Positions 50,850 to 60,222 of a DNA stretch of 64,000 nucleotides are shown here, piece after piece; within the stretch, counting starts at the first letter, position 1; the number at the start of each line of letters is the position of its first letter. Location of the stretch: assembly GCA_030390025.1 (NCBI GenBank), contig CM059432.1, positions 69,752,001-69,816,000 of the forward strand. Reading direction: 5' to 3'. Made by a program: the position numbers and the translations under genes. The DNA comes from Squalus acanthias. Taxonomy: Eukaryota. Under the pieces are notes generated by a model. That model ran no database searches and was not told the DNA's origin. It saw only the letters and a program-made list of their open reading frames with translations.

Positions 50850-52010
50850 TTAAATCCTGAGAAGGCTGCTGCGAGCTCTTCCCGACGGTGGGAGGGCACT
50901 GACCCTTCCCTCTGATCTGCCGCAGCCTGTTGCTGCGCTGACCCTTTCCTCTGATCTGCCGCAGCCTGTTACTGCTTCGATGTGGCCTGTCTCTACCCGG
51001 GTTATCTTAACCTGAAACTTACGCCCTGGGGCAGCCTGTGGACCTGACCACATCTTCCTGGGCTGGGGTACTCTGCTTGACCTACGGGGAATTGCTATGG
51101 GCGGGGGCTCCGTGACGGACGGACCGGGTTCCGAGACCTCCAACGGGATGACCTGGGGTTCCATCACAGTCGCCAGCTCCGCCTCCGCTGACTCCGCCTC
51201 CCTAACCTCGGGGCTGGCAGTTCGTGGCCCCGCCCTGCTCGGCCCAGCAGGCAGCCCTTCACTCGTGAACTCTGCCTCCCCTGAGGACTGGACGTTCAAA
51301 GCGGGCGGCCACACCTCTGGGAACCACATAGCGGCTGGCCCGGCCTCCTCTAGCTCCTTCCTCCTGCTGTCGGGACCTGCAGCTTGTGTGTCCACCCCGT
51401 ATGGATCTCTACCTAGCGGCCCCAATCCTTCCAGACCGTTCCTCTGAAACCACCCGTCATCATCACTATGCTCATCTGCACTATCCTCATCTGACCAGGG
51501 TACCCTGGGTTCTTCGTCATCTAACCCCCAACTCCAGAAAAACGCTGCATGATCGTCCGGGATGTCCCTTCCCCTGATGCAAGCTGCTACGCCTGCCTGT
51601 GTGCCTTGTGGTCCTACCTGGGGCTGTGTTTCCCCACTCGCAGGTCTGGCCCCTCCCTTAAGACAGGCCACCGCCCCTGCTTGTTTCTGTGAAATCTCAC
51701 CTGCTGGAGGCTGCAGATTTCTATCCTGTTTTAAATCCTCATACTCCCTGCTCCTGGCTACCCTGTAGGCTGTTTTTATCTCTCTAAGCTGCCCTTCTAG
51801 CCTGAGCACGTCTAACTTTCCCATTGCTCGGGCGTTCTCCTCCCGCAAGGTCTGCTCTCTAAGCTGCCCTTCCAGCCCATCTATTTTCCCTATTAAGCGG
51901 GCGTTCTCCTCCCGCAAGGCCTGCTCTTTTAACCTGGCCTCCTCACCGCAGACCCCCTCCTGTGCGTGTCTTTTAAAAGGACACAGGTAGGCAGGCTGCG
52001 TGGGCTCTAG
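50850..52010 (-). CDS. ORF-X: 386-aa non-enzymatic extension in frame with gag (putative Gag-X readthrough product, 990 aa)
   Basis: After the gag TGA the frame stays open: LEPTQPAYLCPFKRHAQEGVCGEEARLKEQALREENARL... (31 codons before the TTG at 51917 used by the ORF track). Coiled-coil repeats, then acidic/Pro-rich sequence. No D(T/S)G protease, YxDD RT, RNase H or integrase core motifs. Confidence 0.75.
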   Translation of the reverse strand, partial: LEPTQPAYLCPFKRHAQEGVCGEEARLKEQALREENARLIGKIDGLEGQLREQTLREENARAMGKLDVLRLEGQLREIKTAYRVARSREYEDLKQDRNLQPPAGEISQKQAGAVACLKGGARPASGETQPQVGPQGTQAGVAACIRGRDIPDDHAAFFWSWGLDDEEPRVPWSDEDSADEHSDDDGWFQRNGLEGLGPLGRDPYGVDTQAAGPDSRRKELEEAGPAAMWFPEVWPPALNVQSSGEAEFTSEGLPAGPSRAGPRTASPEVREAESAEAELATVMEPQVIPLEVSEPGPSVTEPPPIAIPRRSSRVPQPRKMWSGPQAAPGRKFQVKITRVETGHIEAVTGCGRSEERVSAATGCGRSEGRVSALPPSGRARSSLLRI

Positions 52011-53822
52011 TCATTGGGTACTATTAGACGGTCCTGCGGCACCTACGGGGCCGGTTGCGACCGCCACCTGTCCACGCGCATTCAAAACCATCTTGCGCAT
52101 GGCTCCTAACACTGCTTCGAGGTCGTCGGGAGGGGTGGGTGCCTTTGCTTCCTTAGGCGGGACAGGCGCCTGGGCTCGGACCGCGGGATTTTTATCCTTG
52201 GAATCCTTCCAAGGGTTCCTGCAGTGCTTGCGCCAGTGCCCTGTCTTCCCACACCCGTAACAGGCATTACTTGCCTGTGGGGCGCGATTACCCTCCTGAT
52301 GCCACTCTCTTTGAGCCGGGGCTGCGGGTCGTACCTCATGTACTCTTCCCTTAAAGGGACGTGTCGTCATACCCCTTATGTTACGGTAACCTAACGTGAG
52401 TCGATTCAAGACCGACTCTTCCGTAAGGTTGAGGTCATTGGGATCGAACCAGGCTTTTGCCTGCTCTCTAACGGCTGGTAAACTGTTGGCTATTATGCAC
52501 CTAAGCCAATGAATTAAAGCGGCGCCTTCCACATCTTCGCGCTCGGGCGCACCTAGACAGCTGCGCTCATATACTGGCCACAGCCTGTCGGCAAAAACCT
52601 TCGGGGGTTCTCCCTCCATCTGCACTGTCTGTCCCACTCTAGCAAACGGACCTCCGTCGTTCGCTCCCACTACTTCTAGGACCTCATTTTTCAATTCCTC
52701 ATAACTTTTATTACCCCTCTTGCTATCGCCTGAGAGACACTGAAGGACCGAGCTATCTAACGAGAACAGCAGCATTTTTGCTGTCTCCCCATCATCGCAG
52801 CCGTTGATGGCTGCGGCTTGCTCAACTTCCCTAAAATGTACGGAAGGGTCGTCTATCTCGGTCAGCTTCCTTACGTGGTTTATCATGGCCCTCAGCTGAT
52901 GTGAACTGTGAGGCAACACCAGCTGTCCGAGGAGATCCCCCGGTTCTTCCCCACCGTTTCTGCTTGGGCCCCTTTTAATCCCCGTTACTGGATACAACGA
53001 TCCCTTTTCTACCTCCTTTTCAACGGGCTCTTTTGCTTCTTCCGTTGCTTCCTCCCTAACCCAGGTTTCTGAATAGCTGGGTGGCGCGGAGGGCGCAGTG
53101 GCTACTACTTCTTCTGCTTTACTTGGTGGGGAATTTCTAAATCTCTCATTTACTAGCGGCTGGCGTGCCGACGGATTAATAAGGCACACCATGCCGTTCG
53201 CATTATTCACGGCCTTTTTGAGGCTCTCTATCTCTTTTTCGCAGGCGCTATGGTCGGCTCCCTGAAACTTATCCTCAAGGGCCAACTTATACGCCGACCT
53301 AACCCCCATTAAGCTCTCTTCTTGAGTTCTTATCTGGGCAGCTTGACGGTTACATCTTTCCTTCATCCTACTCTCGTTTAATTTTGCTTCAGTGATCTGG
53401 CACTCGAGATACTCTACCCTTGTTTTAAGGTAACTGGAGACTTCCTGGCTTTCCTGGCGTAACTCATTTAAACTCTTAATGAGCGCCTCCCCTCCAGAAA
53501 CCTTCTCCTCCATTTCCTCCTCTAGATGCTTGATTCGAGCGGTTAGCGCTGTATTGGTCTGGTTTGAAATCTGAACCTGCCTTTTGTAGCACATAAGCCA
53601 GACTGCTTTCTCAACTGCCTTTTTATGCTCCTTACTATCCGTCCACCTTTCAGCTGCCTCTAGTGGGCTCTTATCCGCTAACAATTCGCTTATCCACTTT
53701 TTCGTTAGATTAACCTTTCCAAATACGTAATCCGCTATCTTTTCCTGCATCACATTTCGTACAGTCATTCCAAAATCTAACACACTACCCTCTCGCTGCC
53801 AGTGTCCTGCCGCGGTCGCCAT
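52011..53822 (-). CDS. gag: Gag polyprotein, 603 aa
   Basis: Directly after the 5' LTR/PBS. N-terminal coiled coil (~aa 85-205), PSAPPSY late motif (aa 244-250), helical capsid-like region, CX2CX4HX4C knuckle CYGCGKTGHWRKHC (52221-52262). Confidence 0.9.
   Translation of the reverse strand: MATAAGHWQREGSVLDFGMTVRNVMQEKIADYVFGKVNLTKKWISELLADKSPLEAAERWTDSKEHKKAVEKAVWLMCYKRQVQISNQTNTALTARIKHLEEEMEEKVSGGEALIKSLNELRQESQEVSSYLKTRVEYLECQITEAKLNESRMKERCNRQAAQIRTQEESLMGVRSAYKLALEDKFQGADHSACEKEIESLKKAVNNANGMVCLINPSARQPLVNERFRNSPPSKAEEVVATAPSAPPSYSETWVREEATEEAKEPVEKEVEKGSLYPVTGIKRGPSRNGGEEPGDLLGQLVLPHSSHQLRAMINHVRKLTEIDDPSVHFREVEQAAAINGCDDGETAKMLLFSLDSSVLQCLSGDSKRGNKSYEELKNEVLEVVGANDGGPFARVGQTVQMEGEPPKVFADRLWPVYERSCLGAPEREDVEGAALIHWLRCIIANSLPAVREQAKAWFDPNDLNLTEESVLNRLTLGYRNIRGMTTRPFKGRVHEVRPAAPAQREWHQEGNRAPQASNACYGCGKTGHWRKHCRNPWKDSKDKNPAVRAQAPVPPKEAKAPTPPDDLEAVLGAMRKMVLNARGQVAVATGPVGAAGPSNSTQ
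53804..53821 (-). promoter_or_regulatory. Primer binding site, tRNA-Arg type
   Basis: Minus strand TGGCGACCGCGGCAGGAC, 5 nt inside the 5' LTR boundary. Complementary over 18 nt to the 3' end (...GTCCTGCCGCGGTCG-CCA) of a vertebrate tRNA-Arg(UCG) as I recall its sequence. Confidence 0.85.
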
Positions 53823-53826
53823 TTTC

Positions 53827-55426
53827 TGTAAGGGATACTCTCCTGACCCTGCGTGTCTCGTAACCTGTGAGGTTCACGCGGCTCTGTGCAGCCTGTATGT
53901 CAGTGCGGGTCTAGGCCTGGTCTCCAGCCAGTCTGGGAACACTAGACACCCCTGTGAGTGGTTCGAATCACTCTCCCTTACGGTTCTAGACACTGGACTT
54001 AGATGCGAGAGCAGTAATGGAGATAAAACTCATGTAGACTTGGTTTGAACGGTACGAAATGGAAAATCTTTATTGCATGATACTGAAAATTATGAAATAC
54101 ATGTCATATGCACAGATTAATGACAGTACAATCTTACAAACAGTTATAATCACTCTTAGGGAAACGAGGAACGACCAGCACAACGTAAATAGGGCACACA
54201 TTACAAATATCCTTAATCTTTAAAACCCTCCCCTATTAATGTCTATCCTAAAACTAGCTTCGTAGGATCCCGAGACTCATGCTCACCACTCGTAATAACT
54301 CGGAGAAATCCCGAATAGCTGATCGGATGTTTTTCACCGCAGCACCCACGTGTTGGTCAGGAGATCTCCTGGTCCCACTTGTTTACTGCTTCTGCTGCTC
54401 GGTCAGTCGGCTGGACCGTCCGCTGTAGTGAAGACCTCTGTTGGTGGGCTTCAAAGTTTAATCGTGGAGCACCGTTGTCAATATCACTGATACGATGTGT
54501 TTACACAGTCCAGTTATCATTGATGCAATATGTCTTGTTAAAGAAGAAAACTTCCTGTCGAGAAGACTTGGCTGATCGACCTACAGGCGCGGTCGGGATT
54601 TACTGACCGTGGCGATGGATAAGGTCTTCTTCTCTTCTCCTCTCATCTCATCTCATCTCATCTCATCTCGGGCCTTCGGTTCCGCTGCCAGCTACCAACA
54701 TAGGTCTTTGCAACAGTCTTTTACACAGGAGCAGCCACGATGATAACAGCAACAAGCGGCAAGAGTCAAGAACACGAGGCAAGAGCCAAGAGCAAGAGGC
54801 CAGAGAGAGAATGGACGGTTTGGGGCCTGCAATTATAGTGCACAGTTCTTCCGTTTCCCGCCCAACTACAATGTCCATTCTTTTGTTTAAGGTTTGGCGC
54901 CCAAAAATGTCCTGTACGGGTGATCTCTGTCCTTAATGGGTTTCGGGGCTACTCCTGAATGTTTGAGTACCTGTTAATATTTCTCCCATTGTTAAATCGG
55001 TCGGTGTTCCCCCTGGAGGGGTTTGGGGCTTCCAAGTGTCCTGTATAACTACCTGCTAACGGCTCTCTCATCGTAGAGCCGTTGGGAGTTTACATACTAA
55101 TGTCCTTTGGATGGGCCCTTGATGGCTTTCCTTTGTACCTGGGAGACCGATTCCAGTATCGATGTTTATACTGTAAACCCATAATGTCCTGTGTATTGTC
55201 TTCACTGTGCTGAATCGTTATCGATCTTGCAAGAATGTTTATTGGAACGCCATCTTGTCTGCCTGTTGAAAAGTCTAGAATGTTCTGTCACGAGGTGCGG
55301 CGGCCATTTTACAGGCTGCTTGTGTCCAATTTAAACCTGACAGCATTCTGCTGAAATAAAAGCTGTTTGAACGAAACTTTGTGTTTTCTCCTTATTAATC
55401 AAATCGCGATAATTGCGAATTCTACA
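53827..55426 (-). repeat. 5' LTR (1600 bp)
   Basis: Direct repeat of 46185-47789 with five TCATC units. Followed on the minus strand by the PBS. Confidence 0.95.
54805..54900 (-). promoter_or_regulatory. Candidate LTR core promoter (TATA-like, Inr-like, two E2F-consensus sites)
   Basis: Minus strand TATAATT (54837-54831), CCATTCT ~25 nt downstream. TTTCCCGC (54854-54861) and TTTGGCGC (54893-54900) just upstream. Confidence 0.45.
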
Positions 55427-56079
55427 CTTGCCTGGAGAATATATAAAAAGTCAAATCTGGAGGTGACAAAGGCATGGATGAGAGTTTCAGCAGCAGATGG
55501 ACTGACACAGACATGCTGTTTTAGTGCCAGTGCCACTTCCCTCCAGATGGCATGAGTGACAGTTCTAGCAAGTCTCCTGCCATGGACACCCAACAGTCTG
55601 TGGTCTAGTAAGTTGGGGGTTTAGCGCCGGGCGTTACCACCCAAATCGGGAAAAAAATGGCAGCCACTGCATTTCCGCACACTGCCGGCGGGTCCCGTGG
55701 TGGCTGCCGATGTCCGTGCTCACTACACTTATGGAAATTATGCAGATCGTGTCATCAGTGAGTGTGCAATGTCTACTGGATGCCCGATCTGCGATTTTCC
55801 AGTTCGCCTCTCCACTTACTGGCCTGTCTTAATTGCGACCAGCTGAGCAAGCGTTGACAAGCAGCTAGGAGGTTCCAGCAGTGATATCTAAAGGGATCAT
55901 CAGCAACAACTTGCATCTAACATGTTTCTTCAGGTTGACTGGCTCTGTGCAACTTGCTGCAACTCCAGCAGCTTTATAAACTTCTTTCAAGGTCCTAAGG
56001 TAACAGGGAGTGTTGGTGCAAGTGGAGAACGTCTTCATTCTTATTTAAAGGCTTCTGCTCACAACACTTGCTCACAGTC

Positions 56080-57226
56080 ATGGGGGCTCTACTGGCAGTA
56101 CCCCCTCGTGCTCGAGTATCTTCGGGAGAGGGATCGGAGGCAGCGAAGAGGAGAAGCTGCACGCAGAGTGAGGAGGAGGAGGGCCAGGTGAGCTCTCAAC
56201 AGGAGGCCTTACCCATCTAAGGTCTTCCGAGACCACTTCTCTTATATCCACTTAAGCGAAGAGCAGTGTATTAGGAGGCTTCGCTTCACCAAGGAGGTGG
56301 TCACAGAACTCTGCCACCTTCTGCAACCAGACATGCATCTGGAGAACAGGGCAACCACAGCTCTGCCAATGGCTCCAAAGGTCACCGTGGTCCTCAATTT
56401 CTTCACCAGCGGATCCTTCCAATCTGCAGCAGGAGACATAGCTAACATCTCCCAGTTCGCCATCCATCGCTTCATCCGAGAGGTCACAACGACTCTCTAC
56501 ACCAGGAGAAGGGACTATGTTTTCATCTCTCTGAGCAGAGAGAAGCAAGAGGAGCATGCATCTGGCTTAGCCAGGATTGCGGGCTTCCCCTTGGTGCAGG
56601 AGGCCATCAACTGCAACCACATGGCTTTGCGGGTGCCGCATAACAATCCTGAGACCTTCCGTAACCGCAAAAGCTACCACTCATTTAAGGTGCAGTTGTT
56701 GTGTGACAACAACCAGCATTTCCTGATGGTCAATGCCCGCTATCCTGGCAACAGTCATGATGACTTCATCCAATGTGCCAGCAATCTTCTAGCCACCACG
56801 TCAAACCTGAGGGTGGCTGCTTGGAGACAAGGGCTATCCTCTCTGCACCTGGCTCATGACTCCTCTCCACAACCCCAACAGTCGTGCCCAGCACTCCTTT
56901 AATGAGAGCCATGCTGCCACCAAGAACATTATCAAACAGACCACGGGCTGCTGAAGCAACGGTTCCGCAGCTTTGACCGCTCGGGAGGAGCCCTCCAGTA
57001 CTCGGCGGAGCGGGTGCCCCATTTTGTTGGGGTCTGCTGCATGCTTCACAACTTGGCCATCATGAGGGCGCAGCCCCTGCCAGCAAGGATTGGGGGACCA
57101 CCTCAGGAAGAGGAAGCGGGAAAAGAGGAGGAGGAAGACGAGGAGGAAGGGAGGAGGCAGGCAGAAAATCCCCATTCAGCATGGGCTGTCCGTGAATGCC
57201 TCATCAGACTCCGATTCCCTGAATGA
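56080..57226 (+). pseudogene. HARBI1-like DDE transposase, disrupted
   Basis: MGALLAV..RR*ALNRRPYP..FRDHFSYIHLSEEQCIRRLRFTKEVVTELCHLLQPD..FTSGSFQS..GFPLVQEAINCNH..NRKSYHS..YPGNSHDD..LGDKGY..CCMLHNL. Premature stop and frameshifts. Confidence 0.85.
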
Positions 57227-57404
57227 AACCCCAGTTCCCCATTGCTCACCACATCCTCATCAACTATATACCCACCAGACCATCCCTCTGTCACAGAATA
57301 TCACAGTGTCCTTCTGGGCACAAAGCTGAAATGAGAGCCACCACAAAACAAACATTCCAAACAAAATTATTATATTTATCAATAATCAATTCACACATAC
57401 TATA

Positions 57405-59274
57405 TCAACTAATCACCCTTGTGCAAACCCTTAGTGCCTGTCGTTCAGGTGTCCTTTCTTGCTCTAGCACTCCTACAAAGTGCTGCCTCAGTGGCTGCAG
57501 CATGGCTGGTGGAAGGCTGCTGACTTTCCATGGGGAAGACTTCAGTTGGCCTTGCAGGACAACCTCGAGCAGCTCTGGACCTAGAAGGCCCGGCTGTAGA
57601 CTGCACCACCTCAGCATGGGCGGCAGCAGTCTGGGCTGGCTGGCTGACAGGCAGCAGCAAGGGCAATGGTGGAGTGGCAGGTATGCCGTCATCCTGAGAG
57701 AGGATAGCAGAATCCTGCTCCACAGCCCATTGCCACTTCCCGAGGTGGCGCCTCAGCATTCCTAGCAATCTATTGGAGGACAGATTGCTGGCCTGCTGTG
57801 ACATCCTGCAAGCTCTGTTCGACAGTGGTAAACCTAGCCATGATTGCAATAGTCTGATCTTGCGTGGCAGCAAGCTGAGACTGCAGGACAGCGGTCTGCA
57901 CTTCCGCCTGTGCTGCAATGGCAGCCGCAACATCACCCATCACACGCAGCATCATTTCTGGCTCGACATGGTCTCCCCTGGAGTTTTCCATCATTTCCAA
58001 CCTGGAAATCCTGGGCTCCAAGCTCTGCGCAAAGCCCCAGCCAATGTTGGAGGCAGACTCCTCCATGCACCTTGACATTGCCAAGAAGCTCTCTGGCAGG
58101 CTTGCCATTGCACCTAGCAATTCAGTGTGCATGCCCATCACCCTTCTTCTGAAGGCCGCCCCATCAAGGTCCTCATCTGAGTCCTGTGCAGCAGAACTTG
58201 CGCGCGAACACGCCCTGTGAGCTACCCTATCCTCGGCCTTGCTGCAGCCCACTTGCGCCCGATGCCTCATCTTGTGCCGATCCCGCATCTGCACTACCCT
58301 CTAAATTACATGCAATGCCACTTTCTGAGCTGGTGTCTGCGAGTGATAGATGCAGGGATGGTGTGTCTTCTTCTCCCCCCCTTGCTCTCCTCCATCGCCT
58401 TGAGGACAGGCTCTGCTGCTGCTTGTTCTTGGGGGTTATCTGAAAGCAGGAAGGCACAAGAGTCAGGTTATGGTGAAGGGAGTGGGGCAGGAAAGCAAGA
58501 TAACCATATACACAGCAACAGCAACGTGTAAGTGAGAAGAGATTGTGGGATGAGGGGGAAGTGGGATGTGAGAAGAAGGATTAGGAATGATCATACCGTT
58601 GTTGTCCCCAAGGGCTTCAACTTCACCCATTGCCACGGCCTCAATGACTTCCCCTCCAATGATTTTGAGCATGCGCTCCTCCAGTTGGCTCAACCTCTGT
58701 ATCACAGCTTGCGCCCTGCCTGTCTGTTGCTACTGCCAGTGATTGTGCCAGCCTTGGCCTGCAAGAGAAAGGGAAATGTGTCAGTGAGTGTGGTGCAATG
58801 TGTTTGGGTGATGTGCCTGCTGTAGTTGAATAGCTGTCAGTGTGTGCAAGGTGTGAAATGTGGGTGTGAATGTTGCAGCTGTGGTAAGGTTGTGAGGGTG
58901 AAGTGAAGCAATGATTGTGAGATCTGAGTAGTGTTTGGTAGAGATTGTTTGTAGGTGAGTGATGGGAGTGTGGTTCATTGAGCAGTGCATGAGGCTTGTG
59001 GTGCAGATGGTGGGATATGGCATTTGCTGAAGCCTTCACTCACCTTGACCTGCCGTGTGAGGTCATTAAACCTCTTGCAGCATTGGATGGAGGACCTGGG
59101 GACCACTCTGTTGGCCATCACATAATCAGATATCTCCTGTCACAGCCTTCTGCACGTATTGGCCGATGGCTTCCTGCCAGCTTGTGGGAAGAGGACAGCC
59201 TGCCTCCTCTCCAGTGCCTCCAGAGCTGCGTTTGAGAAGCGTCTTGTTCTCTTCCTCTGCTGCCGCTGAGCCAT
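57405..59274 (-). pseudogene. Harbinger Myb/SANT-like (MSANTD-type) accessory gene, spliced, disrupted
   Basis: ATG at 59274 (MAQRQQRKRTRRFSNAALEAL), CKRFNDL..QVK|GTGAGT donor (~59043), further exons (LSQLEERMLKIIGG; SAAQDSDEDLDGAAFRRRVMGMH). Confidence 0.7.
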
Positions 59275-60095
59275 CTCTTCCTAGTTGGTTGTTCTTCCAA
59301 GTGGTGCTCCAAATGGAATGACAATAAGGTGCTGTTGCATCAATGCACCTCCTCTTTAAGTATTGGATAAAGCCTAGGCCAAACATGACTTGGAATTAGA
59401 CTGCACCCGATATTGGCCCACCTGTTGTGCGGTAAGCCAATGAGCAGCAGTTTTAGTGCTGAGATCAGCACTATAATCATGTAAATGAGCACTAAGCATG
59501 AATTTTGCGTGTTACCTAGACCACTTTGACCTGGCGCAGCTAAATAGTGCTGGGCCATGACACCGCCCGTTTTCGGGCCATATCCAATTTCTAGACTTGT
59601 GTCTCCTGATCTCAATTTCCTCAATGATGGTTTGCAGGTAAGACTGTGAAACTGTGGCAGCTTCATCTCTGCCTGTATGTCCAGGCCCTGCTGCCTTGTT
59701 TGGCTGTGTGCGCCAGCTGCTCCTTAAGTAAATATTTTTGAAAGTGGCCGAAAAAGATTCATGAGACACGCAATTAAGTTAGCTGACAGTGAGGTGAGTG
59801 AGCCAAGCACTGTTCCTTACTTACCTTCTGGTCTCCAGTCTACTATTGCAATGTTCAGCCAGTATCATTTTAAATGTTGAACTCTAATTTTGATGCACTT
59901 CAGCAGATTAAACCCAGTTTACATGGGATTTATGCCAATGGCTACTCCAATGGATATGCAAATAAGTTGACCCAGCAAACTCTTGTGTAACCTCTCCAGA
60001 CCATCCGCAGGCACAGACCTTTATTTCAATGGCAAAAAAGTGGTGCAACTCACCATGTGGAAATTCACTCCCAAAATGCTCACGTTGGCAATATT

Positions 60096-60222
60096 GGGGG
60101 TAGTTTTCAACTTTGCCATCTGGTGTATCTGAAAGAATCACCTGCCATTTATAAATCCCGCCCGATTTTTGTTCCACTGATTTCAGGTTATCAACCAGGC
60201 GGCAAAGTTGAAAATTATCCCC
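60096..60222. mobile_element. 127-bp MITE
   Basis: ~22-bp TIRs GGGGGTAGTTTTCAACTTTGCC / GGCAAAGTTGAAAATTATCCCC with TSD ATT. Confidence 0.75.

Larger units (their letters stand above)
46185..55426 (-). mobile_element. Complete, very young LTR retroelement/endogenous retrovirus with gag, an in-frame ORF-X and F-like env, but no pol
   Basis: TGTA...TACA-bounded 1.6-kb LTRs at both ends. TSD CTTG (46181-46184, 55427-55430). PBS and PPT in the correct positions, three long open ORFs. The flanks rejoin into one continuous L2 remnant (compare 42380-42500). Confidence 0.95.
55602..59597 (+). mobile_element. Full-length (~4.0 kb) but decayed PIF/Harbinger transposon with two convergent genes
   Basis: Imperfect TIRs GGTCTAGTAAGTT / AATTTCTAGACT with TSD TGT. 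Transposase on +, Myb/SANT gene on -. Confidence 0.85.

Noticed and set aside
50720..50850. Repeated TTAAAAC/CTTAAA units and a GCCGCCC..GGGCGGC hairpin between ORF-X and env
   Set aside because: Irregular low-complexity spacer with no constant repeat-spacer periodicity (not CRISPR-like). Function cannot be supported.
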